Source: a virus
Direction: 5' to 3' (one strand)
IMG/VR virus record: IMGVR_UViG_3300044981_000078
Coordinates: 37,669 to 101,668 of that record
Length of the DNA: 64,000 nt
Under the pieces are notes generated by a model, which saw only the letters and a program-made list of their open reading frames with translations, had not been told where the DNA came from and did not search any database. Numbering within the stretch: the stretch's first letter is position 1; each line of letters starts with the position of its first letter. Made by a program: the position numbers and the translations under genes. Positions 37,373-45,903 of this stretch are shown one piece after another.

Positions 37373-37653
37373 GTGATAAGAAAGTTGCAAGAAGTTTAGA
37401 AGAGGCTAGAGAGATGGATCGAGATCACAGTTTAGACGGTTTTCCAGAGAGAATCTATATAGCCGATGCTAAAGTTTATAGTTATATGGATTATAAAACA
37501 ATTTCTCGGGCCTTTGAAGATATTGAACAGGCTGTTCCGGCGGGAGAGCCCGTCGAAGTCGGAATCTACCAGCTTGTCCAAACCGCAAAGTTTCAGAAGA
37601 CTGCGGTCGAGGTCAAGACCTTAAAGGAACTAAAAGATGATTCTAACAATTAA
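37369..37653 (+). CDS. hypothetical protein within the NAD locus
   Basis: Overlaps both neighbours. Confidence 0.5.
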   Translation: MSDKKVARSLEEAREMDRDHSLDGFPERIYIADAKVYSYMDYKTISRAFEDIEQAVPAGEPVEVGIYQLVQTAKFQKTAVEVKTLKELKDDSNN

Positions 37654-38506
37654 CTTCCCCAACGACGATCAGTTTAATATGTTCCGATATCCGGGCGGCG
37701 AAGTTCAAGTCCGTCTTACAGAAGAGACCGTGAATCTGTTAAAGCACCCGAAGGTCGAGAAGGTAGATGTTGTCGCCCGCATCCGCGATGGGGAGATTGT
37801 CGCCTTGGCTCAACTGCTGGATGCCATCAAGGGCGCTACGTCTGCCGATGTCCGATTGATCTTGCCGTATCTTCCATATGCACGGGCCGACCGGCGCTTC
37901 ACACTAGGGGACTCACACGGGCTCGCGGTATTCGGGAGGTTGCTCGGGATATCGAGCTATAACATCGTAACCCTGGACGTTCACTCAGACGAGGCCAAGA
38001 AGTATGTTCGCCATCTGACCAACGTGAGCCCGCTGCCGATCATCGGACAGGTCATCGATCACATAGATGGAACAGAGGCTATCGGAACACCGGTTACCTC
38101 AGTGTGCGTGTTGTTGCCGGACGAGGGCTCCTGTAAACGATACTTCGCAGCCGATAATCCGTATGTCTTACACGCCACTAAGAAACGAGACCCCATAACT
38201 GGAAAGCTATCCGGATTTGAGGTCCCGTCGCCAGATAAGTTCCCGGCAGACGCTATATTGATTGTTGACGATATATGCGACGGCGGAGGGACCTTCATTG
38301 GTATAGCGGACGCGCTAGAGGCTTCGGGTAACACTTTGCCGCTATATCTGTATGTAACTCATGGAATCTTCTCAAAGGGGCTTGAAGAACTGTTAAAGAG
38401 ATTCGATCACATCTATACGACCGATAGTTTTAACGACGTTCCGTGGAACACAGATAAGATCACTAGAATCCCGTGCATGCCGACAATTCTTGAGGCTCTA
38501 AAATGA
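37637..38506 (+). CDS. PRPP-synthetase-like protein (Adps of NARP1)
   Basis: YPGGEVQVR, PYLPYARADR, LDVHS, PDEG, VDDICDGGGTF, THGIFSKG. Confidence 0.9.
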   Translation: MILTINFPNDDQFNMFRYPGGEVQVRLTEETVNLLKHPKVEKVDVVARIRDGEIVALAQLLDAIKGATSADVRLILPYLPYARADRRFTLGDSHGLAVFGRLLGISSYNIVTLDVHSDEAKKYVRHLTNVSPLPIIGQVIDHIDGTEAIGTPVTSVCVLLPDEGSCKRYFAADNPYVLHATKKRDPITGKLSGFEVPSPDKFPADAILIVDDICDGGGTFIGIADALEASGNTLPLYLYVTHGIFSKGLEELLKRFDHIYTTDSFNDVPWNTDKITRIPCMPTILEALK

Positions 38507-38817
38507 AACGACTAATTCTTACTATGATGATGTTATTAGGCTGTGCAAGATTGAATATTAAAGATGAAACTAATCAGGAAGTAGATCAAGCTATCGAGCA
38601 GTTCGATAACGAATTTCACTCCCAGCACCCACAGCTACTGCAGATCACAAGTAGATTAGATGTGAATTCCCCGTGGACAGCCAGAATCTATGACAGAAAG
38701 GGCCAGGAATTAGTATTGTGGGAAGAGTCAGGGTATCCGAGACTGATGCTGGCGGTCAAGGCGGTCGAGACAGACTACGAAAAGTATCCGAACGGACACA
38801 TAGGGAGCTACAAGTGA
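38503..38817 (+). CDS. putative lipoprotein
   Basis: MKRLILTMMMLLG-C lipobox. Confidence 0.55.
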   Translation: MKRLILTMMMLLGCARLNIKDETNQEVDQAIEQFDNEFHSQHPQLLQITSRLDVNSPWTARIYDRKGQELVLWEESGYPRLMLAVKAVETDYEKYPNGHIGSYK

Positions 38818-39119
38818 ACACACCAAACTATTACTGTTTAAATTGCCCGCATTCCGGAGCTATGCACAGCGGACCTAGGATGCAATGCGGCGGGGTAGAC
38901 GCTGCCGGAGATACCTGCGACTGCGAACCGTTTGTCGCGGACCTATCGAGACCACCCATGAAAGAATTTGCACCGAAAAAAGCTCCGTATAAAATGCGAG
39001 CGAAGGACCCCGCAGTCAGGGGGATTCTTCTTTATATGATATCTCGAAACGTTCAAAGACCTGAGATCGAAGCAATCGAGAAGATTTTAATTGATGGTGT
39101 AGATGGGAGAAATTTATAA
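38814..39119 (+). CDS. Cys-rich hypothetical protein
   Basis: CLNCPH...C...CDC; GTGA-coupled. Confidence 0.5.
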   Translation: MNTPNYYCLNCPHSGAMHSGPRMQCGGVDAAGDTCDCEPFVADLSRPPMKEFAPKKAPYKMRAKDPAVRGILLYMISRNVQRPEIEAIEKILIDGVDGRNL

Positions 39120-39370
39120 TGGAGACCCCAGAACAACGCATCCTGAGCCTGGAAATGGAAGACCTGATTCGCCCGCTGATTGTAAAGGCGACATCTAGCA
39201 ACCTAGCGGTCGTCGGGTTTGTGTTTGGCGCGGAGCCGCCGATCATGATTAGATTCGGTAACACTACAGAGACCGGCCCGGAGCTAGCGGAGCTATATCT
39301 TAGATTGAGCGATATCACCGAAGAGAAAGAGACCGAGGGCAATGTTGAGAGGCGGGATATTAGGTCTTAA
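39119..39370 (+). CDS. hypothetical protein; last gene of the + strand block
   Basis: TAATG coupling. Confidence 0.55.
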   Translation: METPEQRILSLEMEDLIRPLIVKATSSNLAVVGFVFGAEPPIMIRFGNTTETGPELAELYLRLSDITEEKETEGNVERRDIRS

Positions 39371-39599
39371 CGATCCCGGTAGGGTTTCTCTTTAGTTCCG
39401 GCAGGTCTGGCATATTCATCTCCGGAGAGATTGATCCTCCGGGCTTAGCGGTATCGTGACCCATCGTAAATCCCTTGGGCGGCTCGTCGTGCGGCTCCAA
39501 ATTCTTGTCCAAAAAACTTGTCTTCGGCGCAGGCTCTATAGTCATCGTAGCGGTGCCGCGTGCCTTGCGGGCGTGCGAGTAGCTTGGTTTGTTAGCCAT
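39360..39599 (-). CDS. small hypothetical protein
   Basis: AAGGT RBS; converges with the + strand block. Confidence 0.5.
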   Translation of the reverse strand: MANKPSYSHARKARGTATMTIEPAPKTSFLDKNLEPHDEPPKGFTMGHDTAKPGGSISPEMNMPDLPELKRNPTGIVKT

Positions 39600-39622
39600 T
39601 TAAATTACCTTGGAGGAAAATC

Positions 39623-39808
39623 ATGGTTAAAGAAATATTTTACGATTTAGAATTCACTAAAGACGGTGTACTTCCTATATCTTATTCAGGAAAGATATTC
39701 TTAGAGCATTTTCAAAGCACTAATATAAAAGAATTATACACAGAGGCAATCGCCCGCGATTTACATGTGCGATTTGAGACTGCGGAAATCAGAGATTTAG
39801 TTGTTTGA
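39623..39808 (+). CDS. AT-rich orphan ORF inverted within the late block
   Basis: GGAGG RBS; the opposite strand is closed in this interval. Confidence 0.4.
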   Translation: MVKEIFYDLEFTKDGVLPISYSGKIFLEHFQSTNIKELYTEAIARDLHVRFETAEIRDLVV

Positions 39809-39952
39809 TTCGTTTTGAAACTGTTCTGGCAATTCTGACTCTTCCTCACCGGATAGCTCCGCAGGAGGTTGACCAAGGTATGCAAGCTCCAAATAGTTTT
39901 CCCGAGTCATCGGGATACCGGCCTGCTTCATCTTTTCAAGAACGATGTCCAT
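39797..39952 (-). CDS. 51-aa acidic protein (not in the ORF track)
   Basis: MDIVLEKMKQAGIPMTRENYLELAYLGQPPAELSGEEESELPEQFQNESNN; TAATG-coupled to the giant gene with AGGAGG RBS. Confidence 0.7.
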   Translation of the reverse strand: MDIVLEKMKQAGIPMTRENYLELAYLGQPPAELSGEEESELPEQFQNESNN

Positions 39953-42900
39953 TACTCGCCTCCTAATGCTGCTATTCCAGCTTTAGCCCTATTCTGCGCT
40001 ATTTTGGTCGGCTTGTCAATAGGCATATTTATGATGTTCTGCCTGGTCTTATCTGCGGTCTGCTTGCCGTCCTGGTACTTCTTCCATTCGGCATTTACCG
40101 CATTCAGGTTGTCTTTAGTCTTCCATTCCGCCGGAAAGATGTTTCGGACCTTCTCCCAAACTACCGACTGCAGTTCACGGGGCTTCAATCCTAGGTCTTT
40201 AGCGGCCTGCCGATAGGCTTCCGCATATAGCGGATAGGTCCCTTTAACCCCTGTAGCAGCCGATTTGCCAGCCCCGCCGAAATTATCAGTAACTACCCTA
40301 GCGTTTCCGCCGAGAGGCTGTAATAGCCCAGCAGCGACCGCATGAGTATCTATGGTGACATCCTGATCGTTTGTAGGATCGATGATGTTGTTATAGAAAT
40401 TTCGGACCTTGTGAGATGAGCCAACCTGATTACTGATGTTTTCTCGCGAGCCGTCATCTAAGATAGACAACGCCTTACCGATGTTATTCAGATTGCCCCA
40501 AGCCACATTAGCCGGGGTACCATCTGTGTTTGTGAGAACTTCCATCTCATTTCCGGTGGCAGGATCAATTCGCGGGAACTGACGTGGGTTATTAACCTCG
40601 TCAAACAACCTGACTGCAGCAGCGCGATCCCATCCGGTCAATTCCCCGATCTTCTTACCCTCTATATCTGGTAGAAGAGCTTCTAGATTAGAATTGGCCT
40701 TCTTATCCTTGCCCTTTCGTGACTGCTCGATGATATCTTGACCCTTCTGAATCATTTCCGGGGTCACGGGCTCGTCAGCATGATTCTTATAGATGTCAAC
40801 AATTCTCTTTGCGAGCGAGACATTTTGATCCCAATCCATTTGCGGAGACATCGCAGCAGTTACTCCGGCAGTCTGACTATGAGTTAACCCATGTTGATCG
40901 GCCAAATCTTTAGTCAGCTTATGGGCGCTCTCATACCACTTCGCATTATTTTCCTGCTCTTCCGGAGTAGCTTGATCGTACAAGAACTTCAAATTGTCCG
41001 CTACATGCCCAACAAATCGATCAAAGACTTTTCCGTTATCGGAAATGTTCTTAGGTATTTTAACTCCAGGAATCTGTCGAACGTTGTTAGCGAATCTATC
41101 TTGCAGCTTTTGTGGGGACGCTTCTACCGCTTTACGATCTATACCTAGCGGCTCGCCTTGTAAAGGGTTTTCGGTTGCGTTCTTTCCTTCGGGTACTCGG
41201 GTCGAAACACGATCAGATGATAATTTCGGGCTCTGGGGTACGATTGGATTCTCAGCAAGTTTAGACTGCATCTTATCCCGAACTTGACTTCCGATGAACG
41301 GCTCTCTTAGCGCAGCGGTCTTACCGGGTTCGTTTGGGTGCTCGAACTGATGAACTCCGGAACCTGGAACGACTTCACCCTTATAGACTAGACCCTGGTT
41401 TTCTATAGTTTGTTGCGGGGTTAGCTCGGCTGCTTGAACTGTTGATCCAGGTGCTTGCGCAGTTCCGCCTTCTCCTCCGGGGACATCCGCTGCACGTCCT
41501 GTGCCGCCTTCTCCGCCAACTCCTGGGTTGTTAGCTTGTCCTGCTCCATTTTGTGCTCTCCTCATAGCCTCATCGTGCATCGATTGAAGCCTGTCAGGGC
41601 TGTAATGATACTGTCGAGACAGCCCCGGCTCTCTAAGACCGTGATTCTCTTTTATGATATCAGAAACTTCCGGACGGGTCAAGTGCTCTTTCGCCTGATC
41701 TACCGCCCGGTTCATGATATTCATAATGTCATCGTGACCGTATCCTGCGTCTCGTAAAAATCTATATGCGGTATTAGCGTCCGAACCATTTGCGGTGATC
41801 TTAAAATTATGATTTTCTGCTCTCGGCACGTTATTAAAGACTTCGTCTGCAGCCGTCCCGCCCATTAAGCTGCGTATAATAACAGGCATCTTATCCGCTG
41901 CAATACGGTTTGTCTGCGGGTCTTTCAAATTGTTAATGTCCCAACGAACCGCTGCGGTCGCATTTCTAGGCATATCCGGATGTGTATGACGAAGCATGCC
42001 GTCCGCAGCCATGCCGTCATTGAGACCGACCATCGCGTGACCTAGTTCATGAAACTCGACCTGGTTGTTATCTCGGCCACCGGGACGCATAGATATTCGC
42101 TTGTTCTTAGGAATTGAATATCCTTCAGTCGTAGGGATTGTCTCCCCTTCATAGCTTTTCGCACGGCTCCCAGGTACCTGCCAGTCTACTCTCTCGATCC
42201 CCCAGGTTGACGCACCAGGAAATTTCTTTTGCGCAGTTCTAATAGCGTCTTTACTAGAGAAACCAGGGATTGTCTCTGTATGGGAGTTTCCCTCGTTATC
42301 AATGACTTCGATCTTGAAGTTTCTCTTTAATGGAGTTTGCTGTTCTCCCATTGTCAGTTTGTCTTCATCCGACTCGTTTAATTTCGGATTTTCCGGGGTC
42401 TCTAAGACTCGATTAGCCCACGTCCGCTCTTCCGGACTAGCGTTCGGATCGCGTAGAATCTCCCGGGCTATTGTCGCCTGTCCGGTTCTCTGGCCTTCCT
42501 GCCACGCGGGGGTGTCTGCTGCGGGCCTAGATTCTTCTCCCGGTCTTACTCCGCTACCAACGAATTCTTGTCTTAATCCGCTAGCCAATTCGTTCTCTGA
42601 TGTAATTCCGTATTGTGTATCTATAGCTCTACGAAAATCGCCTATTGATCCCTCACCTTCCCCCAAATGATTCCCGTAAAAATTTCTATTATCTCTTTGT
42701 GCAAAATCCCAAAATATGTGATTATTCCAATTCTGTTTTGCAAATCTTCCTATTTCTTGAAGCTGTTCCTCCGATGGCTTTTGAAAAATTTCTACTCCGT
42801 TCGAAGTCATCCTAATAGCTCCGGCATCGTGTAGTTTTTTAGCACCAATATCATCAATCATAGCGTCATGTTCTTGACCACTTGCGGCGTGAATTAAACT

Positions 42901-45900
42901 ACCATCAGCCAGTAAAAAATTTTTATTTCCCCTTCCTACCGCAGAACTCTTACCTATGGGAAAACTCTGGTAAGAAAATTCTCTTGAAAAATTAGGGTCT
43001 TTGACCTCTTCTGCTATCTTTCTCGCTCTACCCTGCGCATCTATCTTTTTCGCAGCGAACTTCGGATTTTTTAAATCGGTAGCTTCGGCTCTGCTGGCTG
43101 GTTCATTTTCTCGAACCCCGCCGCCTTTTCCTTCAACAGGTCCTTGTTTCTCTTGTCGAAACTCTGTTGTATTCCCTTCTTTACCGCCTGCTTCTGTTCC
43201 GGCTCCAGCTTCTTTATTTGCTCGTTTGCCTGCTCCAGAAGTTGCTGGAGACTTCCCTGTGGTTTCATTTTGATCTTTCACATCCTGTAAGATTTGTTCC
43301 ACCCTTTCGGGTGAAACATGATACTTCTCATCCAATCCCGCTTCTCTAACAGCCGAGTGTCTCTCAAGGACATCTTGAACTCCCGGTTGACCTAATATCT
43401 GTGCAGCGTCTTCTGTGGCCTGAGCGATCATCTTTGATGCTTCTGCTTCGGTAAAGCCTACCGAACGCATTGTCTGCTTCAAGATTCGTACGTCTGCCCC
43501 GAGATGGTGGTTCTCGGTGAACGGAATATCATGATACAGATCATTAGCTACCCCGCCCGCGACATATGTGGCAGCGATATCGGCCATCTTGGACTTCAAT
43601 TTAACCGGATCGATATTTCCGTCAGCGTCCATGAACGGTTCGAAGTTAATCGGTGCACTCATCAGCGCCCCGGCGCTAGAGACCTCCGGGTGAAGATGCG
43701 AACGGATTCCGTCTGGAAACTCTATACCGCGCTCCGTGCCGACAACAGCGTGGGCCAGGTCATGTACAATACCCTGCTGAGTATTCATCCCGTCAGCAAA
43801 CTTCGACTTCGGGACCTGTAATAGCGGCTCTACCTCATCGGGCAGAGTAGGATGCGGGGCGGTCTTACCTTGCGCAGCTAGCTCTTGCATTTGCTTCTGT
43901 GCGGCCAGCATGTCGGCTGCGTCTGCCTGGTTGATCTTACCTAGTAGAGATTTCTCGTCACTTTCAAGTGGGACCCCGTGACGACGCTTGTCCGCTACAT
44001 CCTGCATGAACCGATCTTCTAGTTCAACATACGGGGTACTGTGGACGTTCTCATTATAGAATGTCGCTAGCTCTGTATGCAGAGGAGACATCTCGCGCTG
44101 GGGAACATACATCTGCATCCGAGGGCTCACAGCACCCGGCGGATTAAATGGTCCGGATGGCTGTCCGGCTCCCGTTATCTCTGTAATCGGAATCCCGGCT
44201 ACCGAGTTCTTCATCCTTCTTTGAATTAATTGGTCGCGGGTCAAATCATCCGGATAGATCGCCTTCCCGAGCATACTAGTGCGGTTTGTGGCGATATCTC
44301 CGACAACCGCCCCGGCGGGACCGGCCATCTTAGCGCCGACCCCGATTCCGGCCTTATTGACCGCCCACTGCGCGGCCTTACGTATCGCACCCGGTTGATT
44401 GCTTCCACGGACACGTACATCACCATTATTCGGGTTTCTCTCAGCCGCGTTACGTACTCGAATAATTGAGGCTTCATCCTGACGAAGCTCTCGAATTCCA
44501 CTTATTCCCTTATCTTCAAATAAGTCATACTCGCCGTTTCGAAGAGAGTCTAGCGCGTGGTACTTAGCCGCAAACTCCGGGTCCACCTCTAGCGCAGTCG
44601 CTAGATTCCACTTTGTATCTTGCAGTCGCCCGCGAACTTCGGCGTTAAGCTGCTTTCTGATTCTATCGGCCTCTTCGACCGAAGGATCGATCAAATTGTA
44701 CGGTTCAAGAGCCTTCATCCCTTTTTCTACGAAGTCGGCGCGAGGATTGTCGGCTAGTGCTTCTCGAACGTCCATTCGTACGTTTCGAGTGATCGGCTCG
44801 TTAGCGTATCTCTCTCGGTACGGAGCGACCTGCTGTTCCATGTTCTTCTGAATATAGTCTAGGGCGCTCGCCACCCCCTGCTTAGACTCTATAGGTTCGA
44901 TACTTTTGTGATGATTCTCTAAGTACGCATCAGCTATATCCAGATCACGGTCAGTATACGCAGCGGGACCTTTCGGCGCGGGAGGAACTGCCTTCTTAAA
45001 GTCTTCTCTAGCCTCGGCAGCCTTCTGAGTCTGCTTTGCGGTTACCGTACCCTTAGACTTTTGAATCTTTCGATTTAGCTTATCAACTTCTGCAGCCGCC
45101 TCTGCCCTCTGGTCATGCACATCGGATAATGCCTGAGTTGCCTTACGAGCGTTTGCTGTTGCCTCTGACGCACGAGTATTCGTATCATCAAGCTGTTGCT
45201 TAGTTATCTTTCCGTCTTGAAAATCAACCGCAGCTTGCTTAGCGTCTTTAGTTGCCTGAATCGCCTGGTCTGTGGCTATTCCGTGTTCATTTAAGCGTTG
45301 ATCATACATTGCAACCGCAGCATCGTGCGCGGAAGACGCTGTCTGTAACGCTCTGGCGTCAGATTGAAACGCTCTACCTACTCTCTCGTGCGCTTCCGGA
45401 CCCAGCAGGGTTAAAGCAATAGACGGAACAGATTCACCGGCTATTCCGGCGACATCGCCCTTTGCCGCACGCTCCCTTATACCTTCGGGATCAAGACCGA
45501 TCAACGATCCTACCGAACCCGCCGCAGCAGATACAATCGGCTGGCCCTCTTTACGAGCTTGCTTATACTCGTCATAAGCGCCCTCTGCCGCTTGAACTCC
45601 CTGAATTATAGGCCCACCCGGAACTAGTCCTGTCATTACTGAAGTTGCCGCACTTTTTAGGTCGTGCGGAATCATGGCCTTGGCTCCGGATACTATACCG
45701 GAACCGAATCTACTCAATGCTGAATCTTGAGGCAGCGGCTCCTGAGTCGCGCCTTTCGGGATCGGAACACGGTTTCCCTGCAGATCGGTCATCATGTCAT
45801 CTGCTGGCTGTGCAGATATCGGTGTTTGTTGAGCGCCCTGCGGGATAGGTACTACATTCCCCTGCAGGTCGGTCATCATTCCTGGTGCTAGTTGATCTGC

Positions 45901-45903
45901 CAT
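39952..45903 (-). CDS. giant multidomain internal virion/ejection protein (two M41-like zincins, C-terminal glycosylase-like domain)
   Basis: 1983 aa, last of the ejection cluster; HDLAH and HELGH domains; WY..AAMSP..KVRNFYNNI..VTIDTH..LQSVVW. Confidence 0.75.
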   Translation of the reverse strand: MADQLAPGMMTDLQGNVVPIPQGAQQTPISAQPADDMMTDLQGNRVPIPKGATQEPLPQDSALSRFGSGIVSGAKAMIPHDLKSAATSVMTGLVPGGPIIQGVQAAEGAYDEYKQARKEGQPIVSAAAGSVGSLIGLDPEGIRERAAKGDVAGIAGESVPSIALTLLGPEAHERVGRAFQSDARALQTASSAHDAAVAMYDQRLNEHGIATDQAIQATKDAKQAAVDFQDGKITKQQLDDTNTRASEATANARKATQALSDVHDQRAEAAAEVDKLNRKIQKSKGTVTAKQTQKAAEAREDFKKAVPPAPKGPAAYTDRDLDIADAYLENHHKSIEPIESKQGVASALDYIQKNMEQQVAPYRERYANEPITRNVRMDVREALADNPRADFVEKGMKALEPYNLIDPSVEEADRIRKQLNAEVRGRLQDTKWNLATALEVDPEFAAKYHALDSLRNGEYDLFEDKGISGIRELRQDEASIIRVRNAAERNPNNGDVRVRGSNQPGAIRKAAQWAVNKAGIGVGAKMAGPAGAVVGDIATNRTSMLGKAIYPDDLTRDQLIQRRMKNSVAGIPITEITGAGQPSGPFNPPGAVSPRMQMYVPQREMSPLHTELATFYNENVHSTPYVELEDRFMQDVADKRRHGVPLESDEKSLLGKINQADAADMLAAQKQMQELAAQGKTAPHPTLPDEVEPLLQVPKSKFADGMNTQQGIVHDLAHAVVGTERGIEFPDGIRSHLHPEVSSAGALMSAPINFEPFMDADGNIDPVKLKSKMADIAATYVAGGVANDLYHDIPFTENHHLGADVRILKQTMRSVGFTEAEASKMIAQATEDAAQILGQPGVQDVLERHSAVREAGLDEKYHVSPERVEQILQDVKDQNETTGKSPATSGAGKRANKEAGAGTEAGGKEGNTTEFRQEKQGPVEGKGGGVRENEPASRAEATDLKNPKFAAKKIDAQGRARKIAEEVKDPNFSREFSYQSFPIGKSSAVGRGNKNFLLADGSLIHAASGQEHDAMIDDIGAKKLHDAGAIRMTSNGVEIFQKPSEEQLQEIGRFAKQNWNNHIFWDFAQRDNRNFYGNHLGEGEGSIGDFRRAIDTQYGITSENELASGLRQEFVGSGVRPGEESRPAADTPAWQEGQRTGQATIAREILRDPNASPEERTWANRVLETPENPKLNESDEDKLTMGEQQTPLKRNFKIEVIDNEGNSHTETIPGFSSKDAIRTAQKKFPGASTWGIERVDWQVPGSRAKSYEGETIPTTEGYSIPKNKRISMRPGGRDNNQVEFHELGHAMVGLNDGMAADGMLRHTHPDMPRNATAAVRWDINNLKDPQTNRIAADKMPVIIRSLMGGTAADEVFNNVPRAENHNFKITANGSDANTAYRFLRDAGYGHDDIMNIMNRAVDQAKEHLTRPEVSDIIKENHGLREPGLSRQYHYSPDRLQSMHDEAMRRAQNGAGQANNPGVGGEGGTGRAADVPGGEGGTAQAPGSTVQAAELTPQQTIENQGLVYKGEVVPGSGVHQFEHPNEPGKTAALREPFIGSQVRDKMQSKLAENPIVPQSPKLSSDRVSTRVPEGKNATENPLQGEPLGIDRKAVEASPQKLQDRFANNVRQIPGVKIPKNISDNGKVFDRFVGHVADNLKFLYDQATPEEQENNAKWYESAHKLTKDLADQHGLTHSQTAGVTAAMSPQMDWDQNVSLAKRIVDIYKNHADEPVTPEMIQKGQDIIEQSRKGKDKKANSNLEALLPDIEGKKIGELTGWDRAAAVRLFDEVNNPRQFPRIDPATGNEMEVLTNTDGTPANVAWGNLNNIGKALSILDDGSRENISNQVGSSHKVRNFYNNIIDPTNDQDVTIDTHAVAAGLLQPLGGNARVVTDNFGGAGKSAATGVKGTYPLYAEAYRQAAKDLGLKPRELQSVVWEKVRNIFPAEWKTKDNLNAVNAEWKKYQDGKQTADKTRQNIINMPIDKPTKIAQNRAKAGIAALGGE

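Noticed and set aside
35924-38506. NARP2 or plain NAD salvage
   Set aside because: No NMNAT/NadM gene is seen; pairing with a PRS-like gene fits NARP1 better
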